A stretch of 64,000 nucleotides of DNA from Candidatus Doudnabacteria bacterium (GTDB lineage: Bacteria; Patescibacteriota; Doudnabacteria; UBA920): assembly GCA_963837465.1 (NCBI GenBank), contig CAWINB010000004.1, positions 330,853 through 394,852 on the forward strand, in the 5' to 3' direction. The position numbers and the translations under genes are program-made. The first letter of the stretch is position 1; every line of letters starts with the position of its first letter. The notes under the pieces are model-generated. The model had not been told where the DNA came from, ran no database searches, and was given only the letters and a program-made list of their open reading frames with translations. This document shows, piece after piece, positions 1 to 9,934 of the stretch.

Positions 1-96
1 GCCGTAGCCAGGCAGTTTTATCGTTTCCGCGGCAATACAGAGTTATCTAAACAGCCAATCTTAGCCTTAAATTAATTTGTGGTAAAATAAAATTAT

Positions 97-507
97 ATGG
101 AAAACAACATAACAATCACCATTCAACGTTTTACTGAGTGGGCAAAACTAAAACTTAGTATTCACCTTAACCATGACCCTGGAGCTATTTATTTTAAAGA
201 GCGACAAATTTGGTGGGTGAGCTTAGGGCAGAACATTGGCAGCGAGCAAAACGGCAAGCACAAAAACTTTGAGCGTCCGGTGTTAGTCCTTAAAAAGTTT
301 AACGCTGAAATGTTTTTGGCCGTTCCTCTGTCTAGCCAGGTTAAGCCTGGCGACTACAGATTTGTCTTTGAGCGCAACCAAACAAAATTTACAGCTAACT
401 TATCTCAAATTAGAGTGTTAAGCAGTAAGCGTCTGCTCCGATTAGTGGACAAAATGGAAGAATCAGACTTTGAAAATCTGCAGCAAATATTCCGCAAGCT
501 GACTTAA
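97..507 (+). CDS. putative PemK/MazF-like mRNA interferase toxin
   Basis: 136 aa. Motif pattern IWWVSLG..GSEQNG..RPVLVL..AVPLSSQ..ANLSQIR matches the MazF/PemK signature layout. No antitoxin is visible in the 96 nt upstream. Confidence 0.5.
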   Translation: MENNITITIQRFTEWAKLKLSIHLNHDPGAIYFKERQIWWVSLGQNIGSEQNGKHKNFERPVLVLKKFNAEMFLAVPLSSQVKPGDYRFVFERNQTKFTANLSQIRVLSSKRLLRLVDKMEESDFENLQQIFRKLT

Positions 508-514
508 ACAAGTA

Positions 515-550
515 AAAAGCCACTGGCCTAATAACCGGTGGCTTTTAAAA
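515..550 (+). terminator. rho-independent terminator (GC hairpin gccactgg/ccggtggc followed by TTTT)
   Basis: Inverted repeat plus T-run directly after the stop of the 97..507 CDS. Confidence 0.55.
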
Positions 551-854
551 AATAACGGCCTCCCTTTCGGGAGGCCTCGGAACTCCTTACGGAGTCAAAA
601 TGTATTTATACATTAGCAGGTGTATAAGTACCTTGTCAAGCAATTTTACAAAATTTTAAAAAGTGTTATAATCAAGGCACAATTTAATTGCCTAAACCTA
701 TAGCAATATGGGCATGGCATAAAACCCTTGAGAGATACTGAACCCCGCGTTCAGCGTCCTCTCAAGGTCTTGCTCGGAAACGGGTATGTGGCCGCAAGGC
801 CTCGTTGACACGGGGCTTTGTGTAAGCAAAATTATTAAGAATTAAAAAAACCAA

Positions 855-2057
855 ATGGACCAACAATCTAGTTTCCAAATGCAGTATCCCTTAAGCCCTA
901 AAAAGTTCTGGAAAAAAATTTTTCCGAACCTGTTTACTTATTTTTTTCTTGCGATTATACCAGGTTTAGCTATTGGGTTTATAGTATTTCTTGCCCTCGG
1001 CGGCGGTAATGGCAGTAGTAATGGTTCAATATTGCCTTACTTAGGCTATGCTTTTGTTTGTACTCTAATTTCCTATGCGGCAATTATCTCTTTAAATGCC
1101 TGGTACATAAAAACCTATATCAAAAGATATTACTATGATTGTAGCGACCAGTTTGTAACAATCAAAAAAGGAGTTTTTACTCCTACAGAAATTCATGTGC
1201 AATATCCCAAAATCCAGGATGTATATGTTGACCAAGATTTTTTAGACAGACTAATGGGATTATATGATGTCCATATTGCTAGCGCTACCGTAACTTCCGG
1301 CATTGAAGCTCATATTGACGGTGTTGAAAAAGATGTAGCCGAAGCCATTAAAAATTTTTTGCTGGCAAAAATTCAAGGTGTTAGTATGTCATCTGGTGTT
1401 CCAACTCCTGGGCAACCTGCAGGCATGGCTCCGGCAGCTCCAATGCCTCCACGGGCAGCCAGCTTTCAGTCGACTACAAAAGTTTCCAGCGACACTTTTC
1501 CCATTAGCGGTGCATGGACATTTAGCGCAATAATAGGTGCCTTCTTTTATAGTCTGCTGCTAACGTTGATTTTTGGCAGCTGGATTGGCAGGCTTGCCGT
1601 GGATGTATTTTCCTCTTCATCAGTAAATTCTACTGATGCAGGAGCTATCTTAGGCTATGCATTTTTACTTTTTTTACTTATTTTCTTTGGAAGAATAATT
1701 TGGGTCTTGATTTGGAAAAGCAGTTATTATTTTGAGTTTTTACCTGATTATATTTTACTCCGCACAGGCGTAATTAGCAGATCAGAAAACCACTTGCCTT
1801 ATAAATCAATCCAGAATGTTACCAATAAACAAGGTATTATTGAAAGAATGTTAGGCATTGCTACTGTTAGTGTAGAAAATGCAGCCTTTGTTACCAGTAA
1901 CGCTCCGCGATCATTCTCTCTTGGAGGCCGCTCTAGCAGCAGGTCAGCCGGTATCGCGCTTATTGGCCAGCCAAAAGAAAGAGCCGAACAACTGAATCAA
2001 CTCTTGAACCAAATTACAAGCGCACAGGGTAACACAAGCGTCTTGATGGGGGTTTAA
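855..2057 (+). CDS. membrane protein with tandem bacterial PH (bPH_2/YdbT-like) domains
   Basis: 400 aa with N-terminal TM helices. Two repeats resemble the bPH_2 fold (KKGVFTPTEIHVQYPKIQDVYVDQDFLDRLMGLYDVHIASAT and a second copy near residues 290-340). Confidence 0.55.
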   Translation: MDQQSSFQMQYPLSPKKFWKKIFPNLFTYFFLAIIPGLAIGFIVFLALGGGNGSSNGSILPYLGYAFVCTLISYAAIISLNAWYIKTYIKRYYYDCSDQFVTIKKGVFTPTEIHVQYPKIQDVYVDQDFLDRLMGLYDVHIASATVTSGIEAHIDGVEKDVAEAIKNFLLAKIQGVSMSSGVPTPGQPAGMAPAAPMPPRAASFQSTTKVSSDTFPISGAWTFSAIIGAFFYSLLLTLIFGSWIGRLAVDVFSSSSVNSTDAGAILGYAFLLFLLIFFGRIIWVLIWKSSYYFEFLPDYILLRTGVISRSENHLPYKSIQNVTNKQGIIERMLGIATVSVENAAFVTSNAPRSFSLGGRSSSRSAGIALIGQPKERAEQLNQLLNQITSAQGNTSVLMGV

Positions 2058-2098
2058 TTTTTTACCAATAAGGACAGGGTTAATACTAAATTGAGTCT

Positions 2099-2818
2099 AT
2101 GCTAAATCAAGAAGCCTTAGATTATATAAAACAAAACCGGAATGCTGGAATAAACGACCAAGTTATTAGGCAAAATTTGGTCAACGCGGGTTGGCCTGTG
2201 GCAGATATAGACAGTGCTTTTTCTAATAATGCGCACGTCGCCCAATTTCAGAGTCCAACACTGCCCCTTTCCTCTAATGCAAACAAAGTTCCGGTTTTTA
2301 AGATTTTAGTAGTCGGTTTTATTTTTCTTATTGTTTTAGCAGGAGTTGGTTGGCTATTGATAAGTCATACAAAAAAAATTACACCCACTTTGCTCAATCA
2401 AAATCTTGGGGATGTTAAACCAACAGACACCCAGCCACAAGATATTGATGTTTTGCCAATGTATGGCGGCTACCAAAAAACCGCGGCCGAGCAAAAAGCT
2501 GATACTGATTTTATAAATACGGCGAGCCAAGTGTCTGGGGGTCGCACAGCAGCTGCAGCCACTTTAGTTCAGACTGCTAACCAATCTTTAAATCAGGGAG
2601 ATTACGATACAGCAATAAAAAGTTTTAACCAGGCGTGGCTCTTGGATTGGAATAATTCCGATATCTATAAAGGGTATATTCAGGTAAGTGAAAAACAAAA
2701 CACACTCCTTGACTTACGTCAGTCTACTGAAAGAACCGTTGCTCAATACCCACAGCAAGCAACTATACAATGTTTTTTAGGGGTTATAGATACTATTGAC
2801 TTTCGCCAATTAGATTGA
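2099..2818 (+). CDS. hypothetical membrane-anchored protein, TPR-like C-terminal part
   Basis: 239 aa with a single TM segment around residues 65-90. It ends exactly at the IS630 insertion and may be the 5' part of a gene split by the IS. Confidence 0.4.
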   Translation: MLNQEALDYIKQNRNAGINDQVIRQNLVNAGWPVADIDSAFSNNAHVAQFQSPTLPLSSNANKVPVFKILVVGFIFLIVLAGVGWLLISHTKKITPTLLNQNLGDVKPTDTQPQDIDVLPMYGGYQKTAAEQKADTDFINTASQVSGGRTAAAATLVQTANQSLNQGDYDTAIKSFNQAWLLDWNNSDIYKGYIQVSEKQNTLLDLRQSTERTVAQYPQQATIQCFLGVIDTIDFRQLD

Positions 2819-2824
2819 ATAGTC

Positions 2825-3298
2825 TTAAACATAGAGTACCGAGGCTCTCAGAAATCCCCGTAACAGTTCCCGGTCATTCCTGATTTTACGATAACTCCTG
2901 CCAACCGCGGCCTTTAACAGCGGCAAGCCTTTGGGCCGCAGGTTGCATAAATGTTTGTTCTTCATAGCGGACCACAGGTATTCGGCCGGGTTGAGTTCCG
3001 GCGCGTAAGCCGGAAACCGCTCCACCTTCAGCCAATGCTTTTGAGTTTTGAGGTATTCTATCGTCGCTTTAGCCTTATGCGCCGATAGTCCGTCCCAAAA
3101 CAACAACAGCTTCTTACCCTTTAAGTGGCGTTTCAGTTCTTTTAAATAGTCAATAACATCGGGAAATTTGACGCTATGGGGCAGGCTTTTTAAAAACAAC
3201 CGGGGATTATTGCCTTTAGGGGTACAAACAATTGTCCCGGAAAGGCTCATTGTCGCCCAAGAGCCCGTGGATTGTATTATCGGCGTCCTGCCCACCAC
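2825..3298 (-). CDS. IS630-family transposase, DDE catalytic part (orfB), probably expressed by frameshift from orfA
   Basis: 157 aa with LLLFWDGLSAHKA...YAPELNPAEYLWSAMK, the DDE_3 D..D..E region of IS630/Tc1-mariner transposases. Confidence 0.8.
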   Translation of the reverse strand: MVGRTPIIQSTGSWATMSLSGTIVCTPKGNNPRLFLKSLPHSVKFPDVIDYLKELKRHLKGKKLLLFWDGLSAHKAKATIEYLKTQKHWLKVERFPAYAPELNPAEYLWSAMKNKHLCNLRPKGLPLLKAAVGRSYRKIRNDRELLRGFLRASVLYV

Positions 3299-3374
3299 AG
3301 ACCAGGTTCTTCTGACAGTAGGTTTTTCAGAAATTCCCGACTCATCGTGGAAGCCCAGTAAATACAGGTGTTTA

Positions 3375-3872
3375 TCAGCCCATTTTTTTTAAGGCCGGAA
3401 AGCTTTGAACTTTCCAGGCTTTGATGGCTGACTCATCGCGTTCTTTGGCTCTGGTTTCAGGCTTTTGGCAGGAAAAGCCCAAAGAGATGAGAATTTTCCA
3501 GACATGGCCCGGGTGGTAGTTAACCTTACTGATGCTTTTAATTACCTTGCCGATCCTTTGAAGTGTCCATAAGTCGGTGGAATAACCCAGGGCTTTGGGG
3601 CCCTTTAAGATAGCGGCTTTGAGCTTTCTCCGGTCTTCATTATCCAGTTGAGGCTTGGGGCCGGGCCTGCCCTTGCTTTTTAAGCCCTCTAAACCGCCAT
3701 CTTTATAGAGCTCCACCCAGTTACTGACCGCCTCAAAGCTGACTTTTAGCTTTTTGGCTATAAAATACTGGCTTTTGCCCTGGCTATGGAGCCTGATGGC
3801 TTGTCTGCGGCGCGACTCCAGCGCCTGTGGATCCCGTTTGCGAGACCCTGAAGATATATGTTTGTTTTTCAT
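3375..3872 (-). CDS. IS630-family transposase, N-terminal HTH part (orfA)
   Basis: 165 aa with a winged-helix/HTH region (QYFIAKKLKVSFEAVSNWV) typical of IS630 transposase N-termini. Confidence 0.75.
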   Translation of the reverse strand: MKNKHISSGSRKRDPQALESRRRQAIRLHSQGKSQYFIAKKLKVSFEAVSNWVELYKDGGLEGLKSKGRPGPKPQLDNEDRRKLKAAILKGPKALGYSTDLWTLQRIGKVIKSISKVNYHPGHVWKILISLGFSCQKPETRAKERDESAIKAWKVQSFPALKKMG

Positions 3873-3914
3873 ATACCTTCATGGTAGCACAAAATTAATC
3901 CATATTCAAGCTAA

Positions 3915-4583
3915 TTGGCGAAGGTCAATAGTTTTGCTTCTGATTACCAAAATACACAAACAGATTTATCAAGCATAGAAAAAGCAGAGTTTGAAAAAGG
4001 ATTGGCTTTAGATAATAATAATCCATTTTGCCAGTTGAACTACGCGGCTTCACTTTATGTTAATGGAGACTATCAGGATGCTTGGACCCATCTTGTAGCT
4101 AACTCACTTTTACCAAACAGTCGTTATGATAACCAGCTAACTTTAAATATATACAATAAAGTTCAAACCTTAAATTCTGCCGACGAATATAGTTTGATTG
4201 AAACTACTTATCAACGCCTTGGCCAGACGGATAATGCCTTTGCTATTCTTCAAAAGGGAGTTGCTTTGTATCCCAATAACGTTCCTTTAATGTGTGATCT
4301 TGGGGGCGTGTATATAAACAAGTGGTATGCCGCCGAGCAGGCCAATCCTAATGTTTCAAATGATTTATTGAAACAGGCAGAAATGTATTTGCAAAAGGGC
4401 ATACAGTTAAATCCGCAATCAGCCTCCTGTCACGGCAATTATGCACTCGCAATATATAATGATAATAGCCAAAGTTTAAGTCTTGTGTGGCCAGAAGTAG
4501 AAAAAGCGGAAAGTCTTGGATGGGTTTTTGACCAAAAATTCCTTACTAACTTACAAGCAGTATCTCCTGAGCCCAAGCAATAA
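3915..4583 (+). CDS. TPR-like repeat protein (possibly the 3' part of a gene interrupted by IS630)
   Basis: 222 aa with TPR-like helical repeats (LGQTDNAFAILQKGVALYPNN..., AEMYLQKGIQLNPQSA...). It starts immediately after the IS. Confidence 0.4.
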   Translation: MAKVNSFASDYQNTQTDLSSIEKAEFEKGLALDNNNPFCQLNYAASLYVNGDYQDAWTHLVANSLLPNSRYDNQLTLNIYNKVQTLNSADEYSLIETTYQRLGQTDNAFAILQKGVALYPNNVPLMCDLGGVYINKWYAAEQANPNVSNDLLKQAEMYLQKGIQLNPQSASCHGNYALAIYNDNSQSLSLVWPEVEKAESLGWVFDQKFLTNLQAVSPEPKQ

Positions 4584-4727
4584 GTTACAAGAAAAGTAGC
4601 CACATAAAAAAGGGCGTCGTGCGTTGGCCGATAGCCCTTTTTATATACTTTTTTGATAGAGTGGTTTTAGTATTTTTTACATGCTATAATATAAGTACAA
4701 TTTTTGTACAGGTTTTAGACCTTACAC

Positions 4728-5336
4728 TCAAATGAGTTTGAGGACATGCCACCAATTCTCAATGTAATCAGGCCTTTTGTTCTGGTACTTGAGGTAGTAG
4801 GCGTGTTCCCAAACGTCTAGGCCTATTAAGGGGATGTGGCCTTGCATTACCGGGGAGTTTTGGTTGGGTGTGGAATAGACCTGGAGCTTGCTGTCAATGT
4901 CGCGAACCAGCCAGGCCCAGCCGGAGCCAAAGCGGGTGGTAGCCGCTTCCGTAAATTTTTTCTTAAATTCATCAACAGAACCAAAAGCAGAGGTAATTTC
5001 TTCTACAAGTTTGGAATCCGGTTCTTTTTTGGGACCCATAATCTTCCAAAAAAAACTGTGGTTTAAATGGCCGCCGCCGTTGTTGCGCAGGGTGGTTTTA
5101 TCCTTTTCTTCCATTTCCAGGGACTCAAAATTTTCCAGCAGATTTTCCAGAGGCTGCTCGGCCAAATTTGGGTATTTTTCCAACACAGCGTTGAGCTTAT
5201 CTATATATGCCTGATGGTGTTTGGTGTAATGTATTTCCATTGTTTTGGCGTCAATATAAGGCTCCAAGGCATTATAGTCGTAGTTTAATTTGGGTAGTTC
5301 ATATTTTCCGCCGGAGGCGGACATATCAGTATTCAT
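4728..5336 (-). CDS. sodA: Fe/Mn superoxide dismutase
   Basis: 202 aa with YTKHHQAYIDKLN, GGGHLNHSFFW, WEHAYYLKYQNKRPDY, the canonical Fe/Mn-SOD motifs. Confidence 0.9.
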   Translation of the reverse strand: MNTDMSASGGKYELPKLNYDYNALEPYIDAKTMEIHYTKHHQAYIDKLNAVLEKYPNLAEQPLENLLENFESLEMEEKDKTTLRNNGGGHLNHSFFWKIMGPKKEPDSKLVEEITSAFGSVDEFKKKFTEAATTRFGSGWAWLVRDIDSKLQVYSTPNQNSPVMQGHIPLIGLDVWEHAYYLKYQNKRPDYIENWWHVLKLI

Positions 5337-5726
5337 ATAATTTCCTTTCTTTAAGTTTTCTGTCTAAATTATATCACATACTGGGTTAAATTTTTATTAA
5401 GTCTCAAAAAAACGGGCTTTTGACACCACGGGGCATTTATGGTAGCATAATGTTACTTGGAATTTATTGATCCTCCTTCGCTAAAGCTTCGGAGGACAAG
5501 CTTCTAATATAGCATAGTAATTTGTAGCCATTAATTTCCGTGCGAAAGATTTTGCCGTAGTTTATATGCAATTTTTGTCTTCTTTTAGAGCGTTTATTGG
5601 GACCGTGCTAAATTTTGGTTCATCGGCCGTTTCTCAAATCTTATTTACTGCTTAAAGTTTGGCTAAAACTTTGGGTTTTTGCATATACGGGTAAAAATCC
5701 TTATCGCGCGGATATAGGGAATTTTT

Positions 5727-7268
5727 ATGATGACGATTTTCGCCGCGATTATAGCGGCAGCAGCCGGGTTGGCCGTGGGGTATTTTGTCCGCAACTCCAT
5801 TGCCGGCAAAAAAGTTGCAGGCGCGGAAACCAGGGCGGAAAAAATCCTGGAAGATGCCAAGGCCCGGGAAAAAGAACTGTTACTGGACGCCAAAACCAGA
5901 AGCCTGGAAATAATTGACCAGGCCAAAAAGCAGGAAGCCGAGTTCCGCGGCCAGATTGTAAGGTTTGAAGACCGCATAGACCGCAAAGAAAAAGAACTGG
6001 ACCAGAAATCCAATCTTTTAGATAGGCAAAAAAGCGATTTGGAGCAAAAAGGCGAACAGATTAAGCAAATCCAGGAAGAAATCAAGGAAGCGCGCCAGAA
6101 GCAGCTGGATAATCTGCAAAAGATTGCCGGTATGACGCGCGAGGAAGCCGCCAAAGTTTTGCTGGATAACGCTGAAAAGACCATAAAGGAAGAAATGGTC
6201 GGCCTGCATAAAAAACTGCTGGAACAAACGCGCGAAGACGCGGAGCGCGACGGCCGCAACATTGTGGCCCAGGCTATTGAACGCGTGGCCAGCGAAGTTA
6301 CGGCGGAAGTTACCACCACCACGGTACAAATCCCCAGTGAAGAAATGAAGGGCCGCATTATAGGAAAAGAGGGCCGCAACATCCGCGCTTTTGAACAGAT
6401 GATGGGCGTGGAAATTTTAATTGATGATAGTCCCGATACGGTAGTCATCAGCGGCTTTAATTCCATACGCCGCCACATTGCCAAACTGACTTTGGAAAAG
6501 CTGCTGGCCGATGGACGCATCCATCCTGCCAGAATTGAAGAAGCTTACGAAAAAAGCAAGGCGGAAATTAACGAACAAATCAAGCAGGCCGGCGAACAGG
6601 CGGTTTACGAACTTGGCATTGCCAATTTTCCGCCAAAACTGGTTCATCTTATAGGCCGGCTGCTGTTTAGAACATCTTATGGCCAGAATATTTTGCGCCA
6701 CAGCGTGGAAATGGCCAAAATTGGCGCGCTTATGGCGGAGGAATTGGGCGCGGATGTTTTAATCACCAAACAGGGCGCGCTGCTGCATGACATCGGCAAA
6801 GCCCTGGACCAGGATCTGGAAGGCAGCCACGTGGAGCTGGGTAAAAAAGTGGCGGAAAAATTCGGCCTGGATCCAAGAGTGGTGGAGGCCATTGCCAGCC
6901 ATCACCACGATACCGATGTTTCCGGCAAAAGCGTGGCCGCGCAAAGCGTGGAAGCTATTATAGTTGATGCCTGCGACAATATTTCCGGCGCGCGGCCGGG
7001 AGCGAGAAAAGATTCTTTGGAAAATTACATAAAACGTTTAACGGATTTGGAAAATATCGCCAACTCTTACGAGGGCGTGGAAAAAACCTACGCCATCCAG
7101 GGCGGCCGCGAAATCCGCGTGTTTGTTACCCCATCTAAATTAGATGACCTTGCCTGCCAAAAATTGGCGCGCGATATTGCCAATCGTCTGGAGCAAGAGT
7201 TGAAGTTCCCGGGGGAAATTAAGGTGCATGTTATCCGCGAGACGCGCGTCATAGAATACGCGAGGTAG
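5727..7268 (+). CDS. rny: ribonuclease Y
   Basis: 513 aa with an N-terminal TM helix, a coiled-coil, a KH domain (GKEGRNIRAFEQMMGVEILID) and an HD domain (LLHDIGKA...HH). This is the RNase Y architecture. Confidence 0.9.
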   Translation: MMTIFAAIIAAAAGLAVGYFVRNSIAGKKVAGAETRAEKILEDAKAREKELLLDAKTRSLEIIDQAKKQEAEFRGQIVRFEDRIDRKEKELDQKSNLLDRQKSDLEQKGEQIKQIQEEIKEARQKQLDNLQKIAGMTREEAAKVLLDNAEKTIKEEMVGLHKKLLEQTREDAERDGRNIVAQAIERVASEVTAEVTTTTVQIPSEEMKGRIIGKEGRNIRAFEQMMGVEILIDDSPDTVVISGFNSIRRHIAKLTLEKLLADGRIHPARIEEAYEKSKAEINEQIKQAGEQAVYELGIANFPPKLVHLIGRLLFRTSYGQNILRHSVEMAKIGALMAEELGADVLITKQGALLHDIGKALDQDLEGSHVELGKKVAEKFGLDPRVVEAIASHHHDTDVSGKSVAAQSVEAIIVDACDNISGARPGARKDSLENYIKRLTDLENIANSYEGVEKTYAIQGGREIRVFVTPSKLDDLACQKLARDIANRLEQELKFPGEIKVHVIRETRVIEYAR

Positions 7269-7422
7269 CATATAGACTCTCCATCCCGGAATTTTTTGCG
7301 CCGATGGTAATTCATAAGCCGCAAAAAATATCCGGGATCCAGAACAAAGCTTAATCCTGGACCCAGGATATTTTTCACCTGATGATAGGCGCTGAAGTGA
7401 AAAATTCGGGGGTGGAAACAGT

Positions 7423-8247
7423 TTGACTTTTTTATTAAAACGCAAGATGCCCAAAATTCTTTTCATCGGTGACGTCGTCGGAAAACCCGGGAGAAAAATT
7501 CTTTCCCAGGTTTTGCCTGTGTGGAAAGAAAAATATAAGCCGGATGCCACCATTGTCAACGTGGAAAACCTGGCGCACGGCAAAGGGGTGACGCCGACAA
7601 CTTTGGCGGAAGTGGAAGCCCTGGACGCGGATTGTTTTACTTCCGGCAACCACATTTTTAAAAAAAAGGATTTATCCAACGAATGCTTTGATATATATCC
7701 AAAACTTATCCGTCCGGCTAATTTTGGAGACTCCCCGGCCGGCCACGGGTATTACCGCTTTGCCAAAGACGGTCGGCAATATTTGATAATCAACCTAAAC
7801 GGCCAGGTGTTTATGGAAAACCAGTTTGACGGCGAGATCGGGAACCCCTTTTTGGCCGTGGACAAGCTTATTTCCGAGCAGGGGCAAAAAGGTGATATAA
7901 TAATTGTGGATTTCCACGCGGAAGCCACCAGCGAAAAAGTATCCATGGGTATACATTTAAACGGCCGGGTCGCCTCCGTGTTTGGCACCCACACCCATAT
8001 TCCCACGGCCGATGCCAGAGTGCTGTCCGGCGGCACCGCTTACATAACCGATGTCGGAATGGCAGGAACCAGAGATTCGGTTTTGGGAGTCATTCCCGCA
8101 AACGCCCTTAAAAAATTTTTGGATTCCAGCGCGAAATTTGTAAATGAGATTCAGGAAGACGGAGTGCTGATGATAAACGGGGTGTTGATAGAGATTGGCG
8201 AGAATCAGAAAGCGATAAAAATAGAAAAGCTTTATCAGGAAATATGA
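7423..8247 (+). CDS. ymdB: YmdB-like metallophosphoesterase (2',3'-cyclic nucleotide phosphodiesterase, TIGR00282 family)
   Basis: MPKILFIGDVVGKPGRKIL...NVENLAHGKG...GNH motif. rny-ymdB synteny matches Firmicutes. The true start is probably the Met at 7447. Confidence 0.8.
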   Translation: MTFLLKRKMPKILFIGDVVGKPGRKILSQVLPVWKEKYKPDATIVNVENLAHGKGVTPTTLAEVEALDADCFTSGNHIFKKKDLSNECFDIYPKLIRPANFGDSPAGHGYYRFAKDGRQYLIINLNGQVFMENQFDGEIGNPFLAVDKLISEQGQKGDIIIVDFHAEATSEKVSMGIHLNGRVASVFGTHTHIPTADARVLSGGTAYITDVGMAGTRDSVLGVIPANALKKFLDSSAKFVNEIQEDGVLMINGVLIEIGENQKAIKIEKLYQEI

Positions 8248-8480
8248 GTTTAAAAGTTATGAATGAAGGACTGCTTCCTGTTTCAAAAATAGGCGCGCTA
8301 TGCATAGCTATTTTTGGATTACTTCTGATGTATGTAAGTAAATATTTTGAACGGATGCCCATTTTTTTAGCCGCCAGTTTAATTATTGGATTCTTATTGT
8401 TTTTCCAGATATTTTTATCCTCTTTATATAAAACTCTCAAAATCAAAAACAGGTATTTAATTTGGTTTGAGATAAAGTAA
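8244..8480 (+). CDS. small membrane protein
   Basis: 78 aa with two predicted TM helices. Confidence 0.35.
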   Translation: MSLKVMNEGLLPVSKIGALCIAIFGLLLMYVSKYFERMPIFLAASLIIGFLLFFQIFLSSLYKTLKIKNRYLIWFEIK

Positions 8481-8484
8481 CATT

Positions 8485-8853
8485 ATGGCTCCAAAATTCT
8501 TAAACGCATCTTTGTTCATCCTTTTTGGATCCCAAAACAAAGGCCATGCCGGCGCGGCTTCCGATTTTGATATCGGCATATTGGCGGATGAGCCTTTGAC
8601 CTTTGAACAAAAAAGCAAATTAAGCGAAGAAATTGCCAAGGAGTTTGGTTTTGCGGAAGATAAAATTGACCTTGTGGACTTAAATGAGGCTTCGCCTTTG
8701 CTGCAAATGGAGGCCGCTAAAAGCGGAAAGCTCCTTAAAGGAAAAGAATCGGATTTTTTTAAATTTAAACTTTTGGCGTGGAAACGTTACCAGCACACCG
8801 CGAAATTCAGAAGAATGAGAAAAGAGCACTTACAGCAAATATATGGGCAATGA
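8485..8853 (+). CDS. MNT-type nucleotidyltransferase (antitoxin of a HEPN/MNT pair)
   Basis: FGSQNKGHAGAASDFDIGIL matches the GS..(D/E).D nucleotidyltransferase motif. It overlaps the downstream HEPN gene. Confidence 0.7.
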   Translation: MAPKFLNASLFILFGSQNKGHAGAASDFDIGILADEPLTFEQKSKLSEEIAKEFGFAEDKIDLVDLNEASPLLQMEAAKSGKLLKGKESDFFKFKLLAWKRYQHTAKFRRMRKEHLQQIYGQ

Positions 8854-9265
8854 AATTGTGGAAAAAAAATCCGAACAAATCCATTCTCTTATTGAAGAGT
8901 TAAAAGAGTGGACAGCGGTGGATTTTGGGACTTTTGACGGGACCGTGACTTTAGTGCGGGCTTGTGAAAGGAATTTGGAATTGTTAGTTGAGCTGGCCAG
9001 CGATATAAATGCCAGTATCATTTTGGAAAAACAGGGCAAGACCCCCGATAGCTACAAAGATTCTTTCCAATGGCTTCAAAAATTGGGTATAATAGGTGAA
9101 GATCTTTGCAAAAAACTCATAGATTCGGTAAAATTACGCAACGGCTTGGTGCATGAATATGAATTTGAACTTAATAACAGAAAATTTTACGATTCCATAA
9201 AGAATGATTTTATTCCCGCTTACCAAGAGTATTTAAAGTCAGTAGTCAAAAGCACCGCAAAGTAA
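8843..9265 (+). CDS. HepT/DUF86 HEPN-domain toxin
   Basis: 140 aa with the RNGLVHEY Rx4-6H HEPN motif. The start overlaps the MNT stop. Confidence 0.7.
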   Translation: MGNEIVEKKSEQIHSLIEELKEWTAVDFGTFDGTVTLVRACERNLELLVELASDINASIILEKQGKTPDSYKDSFQWLQKLGIIGEDLCKKLIDSVKLRNGLVHEYEFELNNRKFYDSIKNDFIPAYQEYLKSVVKSTAK

Positions 9266-9294
9266 TTTACACTAATTTTCTCTCAGAAAATTAT

Positions 9295-9825
9295 ATGCCC
9301 TCAAGATTTTTAAATCCAAGCGAGGTGGTGGCGCAGACCGGCCTGATGCAGGGGCAGGTTGTGGCGGACATGGGTTGCGGCAACGGTTTTTATGTATTGC
9401 CGGCCGCGCAGATGGTTGGGCCCACGGGCACGATTATTGCCGTGGATGTTATGGAACAAAAATTGGCTGCTACCATTTCCATAGCCAACCAGTTCGGTTA
9501 CAAAAACGTGCGCGTTTTGCAGGCGGATTTGGCCAAACCGCTTTTGGATATTCCGGAAAATTATTGCGACCTGGTCATTATCGGCAATATCTTTCACGAA
9601 ATCAGCCAGAAGGACCAGCTGATAAGAAATATTTACCGGATTTTAAAATCCCAGGGCCGCGTGGTGATAGTGGAATGGAAAAAAACCGCCACGCCTTTTG
9701 GGCCACCGCTGGACAAGCGCGTGGATCAGGAGAAAATGGAAATAATGCTTATGGAGGCGGGACTGCGCAAGGACAAAGATTTGCAGGCCGACGGGTATCA
9801 TTACGCGGTGTTGTTTGAAAAATAA
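9295..9825 (+). CDS. class I SAM-dependent methyltransferase
   Basis: Motif I VADMGCGNGFY, motif II-like VDV, post-I acidic residue. Confidence 0.7.
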   Translation: MPSRFLNPSEVVAQTGLMQGQVVADMGCGNGFYVLPAAQMVGPTGTIIAVDVMEQKLAATISIANQFGYKNVRVLQADLAKPLLDIPENYCDLVIIGNIFHEISQKDQLIRNIYRILKSQGRVVIVEWKKTATPFGPPLDKRVDQEKMEIMLMEAGLRKDKDLQADGYHYAVLFEK

Positions 9826-9934
9826 TCTACAGAGTTGGCGCATTAACCGCGCTACAGAAGCCTACAGAACCTGGTGGCCCTGATTGTTTCTGTAGTTTTC
9901 TGTAGATTAGTATAATGAGTAATTCTATAGTTTT

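Larger units (their letters stand above)
2819..3905 (-). mobile_element. IS630-family insertion sequence (boundaries approximate)
   Basis: Two consecutive minus-strand ORFs encode the IS630/Tc1-type HTH part and the DDE_3 catalytic part. A T8 slippery run lies at 3383-3392 between them. The element sits between two TPR-like gene halves. Confidence 0.7.

Noticed and set aside
5663-6520. 285-aa minus-strand ORF
   Set aside because: Antisense to rny and Ser/Ala-rich with low complexity. Spurious.
6018-7679. Several 60-180-aa minus-strand ORFs inside rny/ymdB
   Set aside because: Antisense to well-supported genes and lacking motifs.
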